This document shows positions 37,425 through 47,992 of a stretch of 64,000 nt of DNA, piece after piece. Source of the stretch: Octopus sinensis (lineage: Eukaryota); the NCBI RefSeq assembly GCF_006345805.1, contig NC_043019.1, positions 12,895,360 to 12,959,359 on the forward strand, given 5' to 3'. The notes beneath the pieces were generated by a model. It made no database searches. It worked only from the letters and a program-made list of their open reading frames with translations, and was not told the origin of the DNA. The translations under genes and the position numbers were made by a program. Within the stretch, counting starts at the first letter, position 1. Every line of letters begins with the position of its first letter.

Positions 37425-40400
37425 TCTTTTACTTGTTTCAGTCATTTGACTGTGGCCATGCTGGAGCACCACCTTTTAGTCGAGCAAATCAACCCCAGGA
37501 CTTATTCTTTGTAAGCCTAGTACTTATTCTATCGGTTTCTTTTGCCAAACCGCTAAGTTACGGGGACGTAAACAACAGCATCGGTTGTCAAGCGATGTTG
37601 GGGGGACAAACACAGACACGCACACATATATACATACATATATACGACGGGCTTCTTTCAGTTTCCGTCTACCAAATCCACTCACAAGGCTTTGGTCGGC
37701 CCGAGGCTATAGTAGAAGACACTTGGCCAAGGTGCCATGCAGTGGGAATGAACCCGGAACCATGTGGTTGGTAAGCAAGCTACTTACCACACAGCCACTC
37801 CTATGCCTATATATATATATATATATATATAATTATAAGTGCAGGTATGGGTGTGTTGTTCAGAAGTTCACTTCCTAATCACATGGTTTCAGGTTCAATA
37901 CTACTATCTGGCACCATGAGCAAGTGTGCGAGAGACATCTACTATAGCTCTAGACTGCCCAAACATATCTGGGGAAATTTGGTGGATGCAAACAGAAAGC
38001 AGCCCTCGGTATATACATCATAGATATCTATATGTGTGTATGTGTGTGTGTGTGTACCTCCTTATTTTGCCATCCTGTAACAGCTGTAAATGAGTGTCAC
38101 TGTTATATAAGCAGTGTCCTCCATTTTCGATATTCTACAAGAACAAGGTGACGAGCTGGCAGAATCGTTAGCACAACAGGTAAAATGCTTAGCAGCATTT
38201 CATCTGTCTTTATGTTCTGAGTTCAAATTCTGCCAAGGTCGATCTTGCCTTCCATCCATCCCAGCCATGCCAGTGCCTATAGAAACAGAAAGCATACTGT
38301 AGACATCTTAGATGTTCACAGTATGAAGAAATATAACACAGGATATCAAAATATCCTAAGATCACAGACTTGATCCGAATATTTTGCAACAGGGTGGACT
38401 CTGCTCAAAGACTCCCAGAGTCAGATAGTGGCAGTGTTGACCGGGGTGGCGTTAACCCTTTAGCATTTAAACAGGCGATATCCACCCAAAATATTCTACC
38501 TGTTTTATGTCCAAGCCAGCTTGGTCTGGCTTCTCATGTCTGCCCTACAATCTCATTCTAAAAATGTCCAAAATATTCTACCTGTTTTATGTCCAAGCCA
38601 GTTTGATCTGGCTTCTCATGTCTGCCCTACAATCTCATTCTAAAAATGTCCAAAATATTCTACCTGTTTTACGTCCAAGCCAGTTTGGTCTAGCTTCTCA
38701 CGTCTGCCCTACAATCTCATTCTAAAAATGTCCAAAATATTCTACCTGTTTTACGTCCAAGCCAGTTTGGTCTAGCTTCTCACGTCTGCCCTACAATCTC
38801 ATTCTAAAAATGTCCAAAATATTCTACCTGTTTTACGACCAAGCCAGTTTGGTCTAGCTTCTCACGTCTGCCCTACAATCTCATTCTAAACATAAACAAT
38901 CATAAAATTGAAATCTTGAAGCTACAAGATAATGCTGGATAAATTTAAAACAATGAGAATAAATATTACACTAATCTGAAGGCTGAAAGGTTAAACCAGG
39001 TGAGAAGAATCTCTTACCTATATTTGACAGTTGTTCCACTGAACTAGCAATGTTGATGCATTCTTCAGCCAAAGGAATTTCCAGTTGGATGATAGAAAAG
39101 TCTTTGCAGCGAATTGTTAAAGTACCACCAGCACCAGAGAGTTTCTTCTCAACGCTGTCAATACTGCGATGAAGTAACTGCAAAATAAGAATTAGGTTTG
39201 TTAGTCAATTCTTGAGACAATGAATCAGTACAAGAAAGCAATATTTTGAATGCAGTATCGCCATGGAAACAGCAGAAAAACTGAGTACGTAGGAAGTAAG
39301 GTTGGCACTGGATGGGTACCTCACAATTCCTTACATAGTCGTGGGTGGAAAGGAAAATAGCAGAAACAAGAATCTCCGAACAAATAACAATGATAATTTA
39401 TTTCGCCCGAATAAACATTTCATCTCTGGACATCGGTGGCCTGGACACTTTGGTGTGGAAGCAATATTTTGAATGCAGTATTACAATGGAAACAGCAGAA
39501 AAATTGAGTACGTAGGAAGTAAGGTTGGCACTGGATGGGTGCCTCACAATTCCTTACATAGTCGTGGGTGGAAAGGAAAATAGTGGAAACAAGAATCTCC
39601 AAACAAATAACAATGATAATTTATTTCGCCCGAATAGACATTTCATCTCTGGACATCGGTGGCCTGGACGCCTTGGTGTGCGAGAAGCAGCAGGGCTGGT
39701 AGTTAGACTCGAAAATATGAAGGCATTTCCACAGACTCACAACGTCGCTCAGCATCAGGATTCCAGCTCCACGGAGCTGGTCTAAGCTGCGTCCTGTCTG
39801 GTCAGAAGCCGGGGCCGAAGTGAGAGAGAATGGCGGTCCTGATGCATCTCTAACCCCATCTGCTTCTCTCTCTCTCTCTTTCTCTCACTCTATCTTTCTC
39901 TTTAACTCTCTCTCTCCTTCTCTTTCCTTGTCCAACTGGGGTAGCCAAGTATCTCCTGAATAGTAAGACAACTTCCCTCGGTTCTACTCCCCATCGCAAT
40001 TAAGAGGCCTTTGTCTTGCAAGTTACTTGGTGACCCCACTGGTGCTGGTGCTGCATGAAAAAAAGCCCCAAGTACACTCTGTAAAGTGGTTGGCATCAGG
40101 AAGGGCATCCAGCTATAGAAACCATGCCGAAACAGACAATAGATCCTGGTGCAGCTCTTCAGCTTGCTAGCCTCCTGTCAGACTGTCCAACCCATGCCAG
40201 CATAAAAAACAGACGTTAAATAATAATGATACAAGGCGGCGAGCTGGCAGAAACATTAGCATGCTGGGCGAAATGCATAGCCATATTTCGTCTGCCGTTA
40301 CGTTCTGAGTTCAAATTTCGCCAAGGTCGACTTTGCCTTTCATCCTTTCGGGGTCGATAAATTAAGTACCAGTTACGCACTGGGGTCGTACATAATCAAC

Positions 40401-40662
40401 ATAATCCGTTTGTCTGTTCTTGTATGTCCCCTCTGTGTTTAGCCCCTTGTGGGTAGAAAAGAAATAATTAAATAATCATGATGATGATGATGATGATGAT
40501 GAAGGGTTAACTTACCCACAGTTCACTTTTGGATTCTTGTCTTGAAGAAAGAATAAGATGATGTCCAGTTACACAGAGGGTACCTTCTAAAGACAACTCA
40601 AATGGTTTGTGAAGAACCACATTGTCAACAGTTGGTGTGTTGATGAATTCAACAAATTCCAT
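16010..40662 (-). CDS. MTMR9: Myotubularin-related protein 9 (inactive PI phosphatase), 14 coding exons, 565 aa
   Basis: The spliced minus-strand exons give [21 protein letters not shown]...[18 protein letters not shown]...VCPSYP...[10 protein letters not shown]...[18 protein letters not shown]...[10 protein letters not shown]...[18 protein letters not shown]...[11 protein letters not shown]...FPCSFEFNE...[10 protein letters not shown]. This is colinear with vertebrate MTMR9 as recalled. All introns are GT-AG with matching phases, and the exon lengths sum to 1698 nt. Confidence 0.95.
16189..17146. mobile_element. Mariner MITE split by SINE A (16237-16980), which itself carries an RTE 3' end (16444-16742)
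   Basis: The left end gggagtgctgcaaagttcc...aaaatac resumes as ggggatcagttaat at 16981. The uninterrupted junction is seen at 18026-18110. Confidence 0.75.
17271..17800 (-). mobile_element. RTE 3' UTR fragment with 68-nt internal tandem repeats
   Basis: (cat)n tail; gccagtcgag recurs at 17531, 17599 and 17667. Confidence 0.8.
19804..19931 (-). CDS. MTMR9: MTMR9 coding exon 13 (QLWTALY...[11 protein letters not shown]), coiled coil
   Basis: tatctag acceptor, GTATTT donor, 128 nt. Confidence 0.9.
20068..20167 (-). CDS. MTMR9: MTMR9 coding exon 12 (SYVNRPE...VAPQSL)
   Basis: ccttctag acceptor, GTAAGT donor, 100 nt. Confidence 0.92.
20205..20589 (+). mobile_element. Non-autonomous Helitron
   Basis: A|TCTCTCTCTATATAAAC...cccgagcaacgccgggcgatactgCTAG|T. 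Confidence 0.88.
21200..21550 (-). mobile_element. RTE 3'-end fragment
   Basis: Same (cat)n tail and UTR as 6367. Confidence 0.8.
21793..21862 (-). CDS. MTMR9: MTMR9 coding exon 11 ([11 protein letters not shown]...VSLW)
   Basis: cctccag acceptor, GTAAGT donor, 70 nt. Confidence 0.92.
21955..22555. mobile_element. Two RTE 3' UTR pieces in inverted orientation
   Basis: 21960-22120 is reverse-complementary to 22205-22310. Confidence 0.7.
22614..22698 (-). CDS. MTMR9: MTMR9 coding exon 10 ([13 protein letters not shown]...ASQF)
   Basis: gttatag acceptor, GTGAGT donor, 85 nt. Confidence 0.93.
23285..23520 (-). mobile_element. CR1/L2-type LINE RT C-terminal remnant
   Basis: [24 protein letters not shown] resembles the CR1 KDLGV.VD..L.W..HIS motif. 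Confidence 0.5.
24373..25734. mobile_element. Array of five TTAA-flanked (piggyBac-like) MITEs with 570-bp periodicity
   Basis: TTAA-CCCT...AGGG-TTAA units at 24373, 24618, 24943, 25188 and 25513; both spacers are duplicated. Confidence 0.88.
25776..25914 (-). CDS. MTMR9: MTMR9 coding exon 9 ([16 protein letters not shown]...DCVWQ)
   Basis: tatgtag acceptor, GTGAGA donor, 139 nt. Confidence 0.93.
26010..26235. mobile_element. Second TTAA MITE family
   Basis: ttaaccctttagtgttc...tactaaagggttaa; related copies at 33490-34085 and 38456-38990. Confidence 0.75.
27608..27710 (-). CDS. MTMR9: MTMR9 coding exon 8 ([17 protein letters not shown]...TVRG), degenerate P-loop
   Basis: ctcttcag acceptor, GTTGGT donor, 103 nt. 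Confidence 0.92.
27742..28340 (-). mobile_element. SINE family B, one head plus three tandem 184-bp units
   Basis: actaccc recurs at 27751, 27935 and 28119; head ggcggcgagctggcagaa at 28340. Confidence 0.85.
28725..29163 (-). mobile_element. SINE family A, full length
   Basis: Head, (TA)n and tail in reverse. Confidence 0.85.
29416..29541 (-). CDS. MTMR9: MTMR9 coding exon 7 ([16 protein letters not shown]...FIDKE)
   Basis: tttcacag acceptor, GTAAAA donor, 126 nt. Confidence 0.92.
29896..30115. mobile_element. TTAA MITE (same family as the 24373 array)
   Basis: TTAA at 29892-29895 and 30116-30119. Confidence 0.85.
30185..30465 (-). mobile_element. Ty3/Gypsy integrase C-terminal (GPY/F) remnant
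   Basis: [36 protein letters not shown] matches the GPY/F module pattern PY.GP..V.......TV..DRLK.A. Confidence 0.75.
30466..31155. repeat. About 690-bp polypurine (GA-rich) higher-order minisatellite
   Basis: Almost only G and A on plus, with recurring modules gcaagagggagtaa, gcaacagagag and aaagaaaaagac. Confidence 0.92.
31181..31285 (-). CDS. MTMR9: MTMR9 coding exon 6 ([13 protein letters not shown]...IKLIE)
   Basis: attccag acceptor, GTACTC donor, 105 nt, phase 1/1. Confidence 0.92.
31483..31918 (+). mobile_element. RTE 3'-end fragment inserted in a palindrome arm
   Basis: Ends ctagcatggaaagcggacgttaaac(gat)n. Confidence 0.8.
32546..33147. mobile_element. SINE family C fold-back (plus copy followed by an inverted partial copy)
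   Basis: 32546-32811 is reverse-complementary to 32890-33140; tRNA-like head tggcccagtggttagg...gtttcgattccc. Confidence 0.9.
34141..34297 (-). CDS. MTMR9: MTMR9 coding exon 5 ([12 protein letters not shown]...AQAK)
   Basis: ttttacag acceptor, GTAAGT donor, 157 nt. Confidence 0.93.
34493..34621 (-). CDS. MTMR9: MTMR9 coding exon 4 ([14 protein letters not shown]...HKDTK)
   Basis: ccaacag acceptor, GTAAAT donor, 129 nt. Confidence 0.93.
36349..36901 (+). mobile_element. SINE family A with an internal inverted duplication
   Basis: The head is interrupted at 36388 by an inverted copy (36389-36548) of its own downstream part. Confidence 0.8.
36945..37096 (-). CDS. MTMR9: MTMR9 coding exon 3 ([13 protein letters not shown]...NKDYE)
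   Basis: tctgtag acceptor, GTCTGT donor, 152 nt, phase 1/0. Confidence 0.92.
37421..37808 (-). mobile_element. SINE family A, full length
   Basis: Tail, body and head in reverse orientation. Confidence 0.85.
38456..38990. mobile_element. TTAA MITE containing about five tandem 82-bp repeats (38488-38890)
   Basis: TTAA at 38452 and 38991; unit recurs at 38492, 38574, 38656, 38738 and 38820. Confidence 0.85.
39018..39177 (-). CDS. MTMR9: MTMR9 coding exon 2 ([12 protein letters not shown]...QLSNI)
   Basis: ttttgcag acceptor, GTAAGA donor, 160 nt, phase 0/1. Confidence 0.93.
39236..39680. repeat. About 222-bp tandem duplication in intron 1
   Basis: aagcaatattttgaatgcagta...tggtgtg occurs twice, high identity. 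Confidence 0.85.
40516..40662 (-). CDS. MTMR9: MTMR9 coding exon 1 (MEFVEF...KSELW); preceded by a 31-nt UTR and an acceptor at 40694
   Basis: ATG at 40662 and donor GTAAGT at 40515. An upstream tttgtag acceptor implies a further non-coding exon. Confidence 0.93.
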
Positions 40663-40836
40663 TTTTCACTGTTGAGGAATTCCTTTATGATATCTACAAA
40701 TAATAAAGAGAAAACAGTCATTGATAAAGAAATATATGTTCATAAGAAATAACGATGCTCATTTTAGGCTGCTGTAAAAAAAAACAAAAAAAAAACAGAG
40801 CCCAAATATGCGAAAAGTAGATTATATAAGGTTTAA

Positions 40837-41340
40837 CCCTTTCGTTACCAACCCGGCTGAAACCGGCTTTGGCTCTGAGTACAAATGTATTGTTTACATA
40901 AGTTTTGAATTATAATCTACCACCAAACCTTAGTCACAATTTATGTTCCTAACACTAGCTTAATGATAACTGAGTTATTTTACTAAATTCTTTGTTATAT
41001 TTAAAATTAATTGAAAGAAACATAGAGAATCTCAACAGAAATAAGAAAACAGCACAGCTCCCATGACTTCAGGAAACATTTTTTCACGCTGAGAGTTGCT
41101 GAAGCATGGAACAAACTGCCGACATCGGTTGTTAGTTGTCGGAGCACTGCTTCCTTCAAGACTTCCATGCTTCCTGAGATTCGCCAACACTACACTTGAT
41201 TTTCTCCCCTCCATACACCCAGACATTTCTACACTACTGCATGTACTTTATATGCACTTTCTGACAGGTTGTGGTGCACCTGAGCACTGTATACAATAAT
41301 TTCATTATTATTATTATTATTAAATACAGTAACGAAAGGG
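40837..41340. mobile_element. TTAA MITE interrupted by a CR1-type LINE 3' end (about 41042-41321)
   Basis: CR1 C-terminus FRKHFFTLRVAEAWNKLP...FKT plus (att)n tail; aaata duplicated on both sides; the MITE ends cagtaacgaaaggg-TTAA. Confidence 0.8.
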
Positions 41341-41724
41341 TTAAGCTCAGGAAATAACAGGAATTATAAGGAAAATGTTTTACATTTTAAGTATAAGCTC
41401 TTCTAAAAGAAAAGAAATGGAGAGTGAGTAAAAAATGAAGAAAGGGAAGAGCCAAATATGCTAAAAACAGAGTGTTTTAGGTTTTATCCTCAGGGAATAG
41501 AAGAAATTAGAAAAAGTGTTTTACATTTTGAGCATAAGGAGAAATAAAATGGAGAGAGAGAACACATGTGTTTCCATCAAACTGCCACAGCATGCTGAAG
41601 TGACCAGAAGTGGTATAGAGTGGTTGTCTTTGGCACAAGTGGCAAGGAGGACGACAAGCATATGCGTTGCCACTAGGGCCAGGCACAAGCGGCAAGGCAT
41701 ACGCATGTGTGTGTATGTATGAAG

Positions 41725-42745
41725 CTACTGGGTGTGTGTGTGTGTGTGTGTGTTCGTATGTGTGTGTATGTTCATATGTGTGTGTATGTCCTTGTTTTTT
41801 CAATGTATGTGTGTGTGTGAGGCTGTGTGTGTGTGTGTGTGTTGTGTGTATGTATGTGTGTGTATGAAGGTAATGTGTGTATACAGTGTGTGTGTGTGTT
41901 GTGTGTATGTATGTGTGTGTATACAGTGTGTGTGTGTGTTGTGTGTATGTATGTGTGTGTATACAGTGTGTGTGTGTGTGTGTGTTGTGTGTATGTATGT
42001 GTGTGTATGAAGGTAATGTGTGTATACAGTGTGTGTGTGTGTGTGTGTTGTGTGTATGTATGTGTGTGTATGAAGGTAATGTGTGTATACAGTGTGTGTG
42101 TGTGTTGTGTGTATGTATGTGTGTGTATACAGTGTGTGTGTGTGTTGTGTGTATGTATGTGTGTGTATGAAGGTAATGTGTGTATACAGTGTGTGTGTGT
42201 GTGTGTGTTGTGTGTATGTATGTGTGTATGAAGGTAATGTGTTGTATACAGTGTGTGTGTGTGTGTTGTGTGTATGTATGTGTGTGTATACAGTGTGTGT
42301 GTGTGTTGTGTGTATGTATGTGTGTGTATACAGTGTGTGTGTGTGTGTGTGTTGTGTGTATGTATGTGTGTGTATGAAGGTAATGTGTGTATACAGTGTG
42401 TGTGTGTGTTGTGTGTATGTGTGTGTATGAAGGTAATGTGTGTATACAGTGTGTGTATGTATGTGTGTGTATACAGTGTGTGTGTGTGTGTGTTGTGTGT
42501 ATGTATGTGTGTGTATGAAGGTAATGTGTGTATACAGTGTGTGTGTGTGTTGTGTGTATGTGTGTGTATGAAGGTAATGTGTGTATACAGTGTGTGTATG
42601 TATGTGTGTGTATACAGTGTGTGTGTGTGTGTGTGTTGTGTGTATGTATGTGTGTGTATGAAGGTAATGTGTGTATACAGTGTGTGTGTGTGTTGTGTGT
42701 ATGTGTGTGTATGAAGGTAATGTGTGTATACAGTGTGTGTGTATG
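41725..42745. repeat. GT-rich modular minisatellite
   Basis: Modules gttgtgtgtatgtatgtgtgtgtat, gaaggtaatgtgtgtat and acagtgtgtgt. Confidence 0.92.
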
Positions 42746-42999
42746 CTTGTTTTCTGTTAATGTGTGTGTATAAGGCTTTCTGGCATATGTGTATGCATGC
42801 CTGTGTGAGTGTGAGAAGCTATTCTGTGAGTGTGTACTGTGTTTGAATCGTGTGTGTGTGTGTTGTGTGTATGCAGGTGTGTGTTTGTGCATGTGCTGTT
42901 TCGTTTATGTGTATGCTGTCGTGTGTTTAAGGGTTAGCTGTTCTGTTTGTATGTGTGCTGTTGTGAGTTTATGCGTTTGCCTCTCAAACCCTCTTTCAT

Positions 43000-43267
43000 G
43001 AGGCCGAAGCGATGGTAGTCCAGTGACAAGGAAGTGAAAACTGTAGTGAAGAAGTGGCTCAAAGAACAGTCAACAGAATTTTACGGGGCACGGATACATG
43101 CTCTCATTCAAAGGTGGACATTGCTATTGAGAGAAACGGTGACTGTGCTGAGAAGTAGGGATGTGATCCACAGAGGACCAGCTTCATTTTGATGTATGAT
43201 ACATGTTCCTGTGTTGGTAATTATACCTGTCCTAAACAAAATGGCATTACTTTTTGACTCACCCTCG
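43000..43267 (+). mobile_element. Mariner transposase 3' remnant with right TIR
   Basis: SDKEVKTVVKKWLKEQSTEFYGARIHALIQRW/IAIERNGDCAEK*, then attactttttgactcaccctcg-TA. Confidence 0.8.
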
Positions 43268-43379
43268 TATATATGTATGTTTGAATAGTGATACGTTAGT
43301 GCAATCTGGAAAGATTTTGGTACAGGATGTTAGTAACCATTAAGCATGCGGGGCAAGTGGGGCAAGTGAAATCGGGAAT

Positions 43380-43840
43380 CGAAAATCGAAATTGGAATCG
43401 AAATTGAACCAATCCTATGATTGGCACCCGGCAGATGCCAGGACCTCTGAACTGGAGATACTTAAAAAGCACTATCCGAATCGTGGCCGATGCCAGTGCC
43501 GCCTCGACTGGCTTCCATGTCGGTGGCACGTAAAAAGCACCATCCGAATTGTGGCCGAAGCCAGTGCCGCCTCGACTGGCTTCCGTGCAGGTGGCACGTA
43601 AAATGCACCAATCCGACCACGGCCGATGCCAGCCCCACCTGGCACCAGTGCAGGTGGCACATAAAAAGCACCCACTACACTCACGGAGTGGTTGGTGTTA
43701 GGAAGGGCATCCAGCTGTAGAAACACTGCCAGATAAGACCGGAGCCTGGTGCAGCGTTCTGGCTTCCCAGATCCCCGGTCGAACCATCCAACCCATGCTA
43801 GCATGGAGAACGGACGTTAAATGATGATGATGATGATGAT
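43380..43840 (+). mobile_element. RTE 3' UTR fragment
   Basis: Reverse-complement homologue of 17271-17800, (gat)n tail. Confidence 0.8.
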
Positions 43841-44555
43841 TGTATAGATGACAAAAAGTAGATGATGCTCAATCAACAAAGTTTATTAACCGGCTTATGT
43901 TATACATTTCATCCTGTTCAAAATAGATGGAAATTTCAAAAAGATGACCACCACTACACAACTCATGGTTTAGCAATGAAGAATTGCTAATTGTGTAAAT
44001 GCAGAATTGAAGAGTGTAAGGAATGGAGAAGGTAAATCCAGACTACATGTTTCAAAGCCAATCTTTCTGTCTACAGATGTGTGTGTGTGTGTATTCTTTT
44101 CTTTTACTTGTTTCAGTCATTTGACTGTGGCCATGCTGGAGCACCACCTTAAGGGATTTTAGTCGAACTAATCAAGCCCAGAACTTATTCTTCGTAAGCC
44201 TAGTACTTATTCTATCAGTCTCTTTTGGTGAGCTGCTAAGTTATAGGCATGTAAACACACCAGCGTTGGTTGTCAAGCGATGGTGGCAGGGGACAAACAC
44301 AAAGACACACACACACACATATATATAAATGTGTGTGTGTGTGTATGTGTGTGTGTGTATATGTGTGTGTATATATATATATATAAATATATATATGACA
44401 GGCTTCTTTTCAGCTGCCGTCTACCAAATCCACTCACAAAGGCTTTGGTTGGCCCGAGGCTGTAGTAGAAGACACTTGCCCAAGGTGCGATGCAGTGGGA
44501 CTGAACCCGGAACACCAAGTGGTTGGTAAGTAAGCTACTTACCACACAGCCACTC

Positions 44556-44607
<52 letters not shown>

Positions 44608-45020
44608 CACTATTCTTACACTTGGATTTTTTAGTGGAACAAATCTAGCCCAGGGCTTATTTTGATTTAAGCTTAATACTTATTATATCCATCTCTTTCA
44701 CTGAACTACTAAGTTATGGGGACGTAAACACACCAACACCAGTTGTCAAGAGGGGTCAAAAATAGATACAAAGTCACACACACACATTTCAAAAGTAAAT
44801 AGACACCCTCATTATATCATTTCAAGTTTGCACACACTGGCCATGAGTACGATGTCCAAAGGGGTTAAATCGTTAATAGCAACACAAGGCACGTTTACTA
44901 AATACCAGATTAGGCATTTAAATACATCAAAGAACCTTATGTTGTAAACTGAAATTAATTTTTTCAGAAATGATGTCTATTTACTTTTGAAATGACTGTG
45001 TGTACATAAATTCTTTTTTT

Positions 45021-45239
45021 TTCTCTTTTACTCTTTTACTTGTTTCAGTCATTTGACTGTGGCCATGCTGGAGCACCGCCTTTAGTCGACCAAATCGACC
45101 CCGGGACTTATTCTTTGTAAGCCCAGTACTTATTCTATCGGTCTCTTTTGCCGAACCACTAGGTGACGGGGACGTAAACACACCAGCATCACTTGTCAAG
45201 CAATGCTAGGGGGACAAACACAGACACACAAACACACAC

Positions 45240-45299
<60 letters not shown>

Positions 45300-45459
45300 T
45301 ATACGACAGGCTTCTTTCAGTTTCCGTCTACCAAATCCACTCACAAGGCATTGGTCGGCCCGGGGCTATAGCAGAAGACACTTGCCCAAGATGCCACGCA
45401 GTGGGACTGAACCCGGAACCATGTGGTTGGTTAGCAAGCTACTTACCACACAGCCACTC
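45021..45459 (-). mobile_element. SINE family A, full length (further copies at 44094-44558, 52826-53258, 56586-56807, 61631-62000)
   Basis: Shared head, body and tail sequence. Confidence 0.82.
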
Positions 45460-45922
45460 ATTATCTTTTTTACTTGTTTGTCATTGAGTTGCCTCCATTA
45501 CCTTAAAGGGGTTTGTCAAAGTACTTATTTTCAAAATCGGTATTTATTCTATTGGGTTATTTGCCGAACCGTTAAGTTACGGGAACGTATATATAAAAAA
45601 AACTAAAAAAAAACCAACTCAGCACCGCTTATCAAGCAGAATGGGCTGAGATGACAAACGCAGACACATACATATACGACGGACTTCCACACACAATTTT
45701 CGTCTACTCACTCACTCCCAAGGCATTTCTAGGCTTGGAGTTATAGAAGACACTTGCCCAAGGTGCCGCGCAGTGGGACCGAACCCGAAACCAAGTGGCT
45801 GCAAAGTGAGTTTCTTTCTTACGCACACAGCCCTGCCTTCACCTAAATACAAAACCACAAAGGCATCATGGCATCTCAGTGATTGGCCCCTTAATTAACA
45901 TTAGTGATTTTTTTCTCTTTTT

Positions 45923-46127
45923 GGCAATCTTTCGTCTCTAGTAGACCTTTCCGTCGATTTCCGTAAAAATTTTTTTTTTTTTTACATATGGGCTTGCGGG
46001 AACTTTTGAAGTAATATACATACATATTTCAGTTATCTCTCTCTTTCACACATTACTCTGTCTCTTCACACACACTAACAGAAGCACTTCACTTACACAA
46101 CATACTGTCTGTCTCCCACACCCCATG

Positions 46128-46162
<35 letters not shown>

Positions 46163-46337
46163 CATCAATGCTTCACATGCACGGTAGCTTCAAAAGAACT
46201 TCCCTCGTCATACAATCGCTTTCTCTTAGTCTCTTTCGCTCTCATTACTTCAAAAGTTCCCGCAAGCCCATATGTAAAAAAAAAAGAAGTTTTTTACGGA
46301 AATCGACGGAAAGGTCTACTAGAGACGAAAGATTGCC
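45923..46337. mobile_element. GGCAA-terminal MITE with about 95-bp TIRs, 8-bp TSD ctcttttt
   Basis: TIR ggcaatctttcgtctctagtagacctttccgtcgatttccgtaaaaa...; identical flanks at 45915-45922 and 46338-46345. Confidence 0.92.
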
Positions 46338-46722
46338 CTCTTTTTAATATGTAAAATTCCACACCTACTCCTCTGTTTTTGGCAAGTACAACGAAGTCCT
46401 CTGCTACTTGGACATATTCGGGAGTTCTCTCCCGTCCTTGCCAATATTAAAATCACTTTACGAACAGAGCTGTCTTCTTTTCCTCGCCGCGTAATTACTT
46501 CTAATTAGATCTTTAGTCCTCACTTCATTAAATATGTTAGCAGTAATTGAGTTTTATTTACAACTATCTAAACCCCCCAAAAAACAGAATAATATGTAAT
46601 AATAATAATAACAATCTTAACCCTTCATTTGCTCATGGTTTTTGACTGAGTAAAGCTTCACGGTTCACAATGGATGGAAAGAAGAAAGAAATGAATACAT
46701 ACATATATATATATAAATATAT

Positions 46723-46754
<32 letters not shown>

Positions 46755-46879
46755 TTATATTTCGTTAGAGTACCAGTTACGCACTGGGATCGATGTAATC
46801 GACTTAATCCTTTTGTCTGTCCTTGTTTGTCCCCTTGTTGGCAATAAAGAAATATATATACATACATATATATATATAC

Positions 46880-46956
<77 letters not shown>

Positions 46957-47493
46957 TTCGTTACATACACAAAACACATAGAAAATAGGAGAAAGAGGAG
47001 ACCCCCTCCCCAAAAATATTTTAAATACTATTATCAAGTCATTAAAAAAATGTATTATTTCGAGTAATTATTTGTTAATTAATAACGCTTTCTTCCATCA
47101 TACGATGGTCATCCGATGTTATGATATCCTTTTGTATATTTGCGTTTAATTGTATCACAGTATTTCATTGCAAGAAACAAAACTAAAATGTACATTATGG
47201 ATGAATTAACTGCGTATATTTATTTTCCCATGTGAAATGACATTAAAACATTAAAAGAACCGACCAGAAACGGATTTCGTTTGTGGTCCTGTTGCTCATT
47301 ACAGTTCACGACAACGATACAAATCTATCTTAAAGAACCCACACTGTAATTAAAGACTTAATGATTAGATAATCAATCGTTAATAGATTACAAAATGCAA
47401 TACATTAATCCATGTCCGGATAGATTAAAAAGCGACAGTCTTGCGAAATCAATGGGACCAAACTAACCTCACTTTTTTCCTATTATTCGTTAA

Positions 47494-47992
47494 CTAGCAG
47501 TATCGCCCGGCGTTGCTCGGGTTTGTAAGGGAAATAACTATATAAGCATTTTTAGAGAGTTATAGCCAAAAGATAGCAAAAAAAATGCATTAAAAATGGG
47601 GAAAAAAAATTATGGTAAATTTTTTTTCAAATCGTAGACTCATCGTAGACATTTTTAGAGAGTTACTTCCCTTATATAATAGCGAAAAAATGCATTAAAA
47701 TGGAAAAAAATGATGGTAAATTTTTTTTTAAATCGTTGACTCATCGTAGACATTTTTAGAGAGTTACTTCCCTTATATAAAGCGAAAAATGCATTAAAAT
47801 GGAAAAAATGATGGTAAATTATTTTTAAAATCGTAGACTCATCGTAGACGCGTGCTAATACCCAGAAGGGCTCGATATGACTCACGACTATAAGATACCC
47901 GGTTTTGGTTAAACTGCACCGCAAAATGTGGGAGTAGTTAGGAATCTAAATCGTAGGAGACAGACACACAACTTCACTTTTATATATAAAGA
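47494..47992 (-). mobile_element. Non-autonomous Helitron
   Basis: A|TC at 47992, CTAG at 47494, homologous to 558-956. Confidence 0.88.

Noticed and set aside
38488-38890. CRISPR-like or regularly spaced repeats
   Set aside because: Head-to-tail tandem units without unique spacers, in a eukaryotic context
41507-42892. 461-aa His/Thr-rich ORF and overlapping Val/Cys ORFs
   Set aside because: Translation of a GT/CA minisatellite; open in many frames
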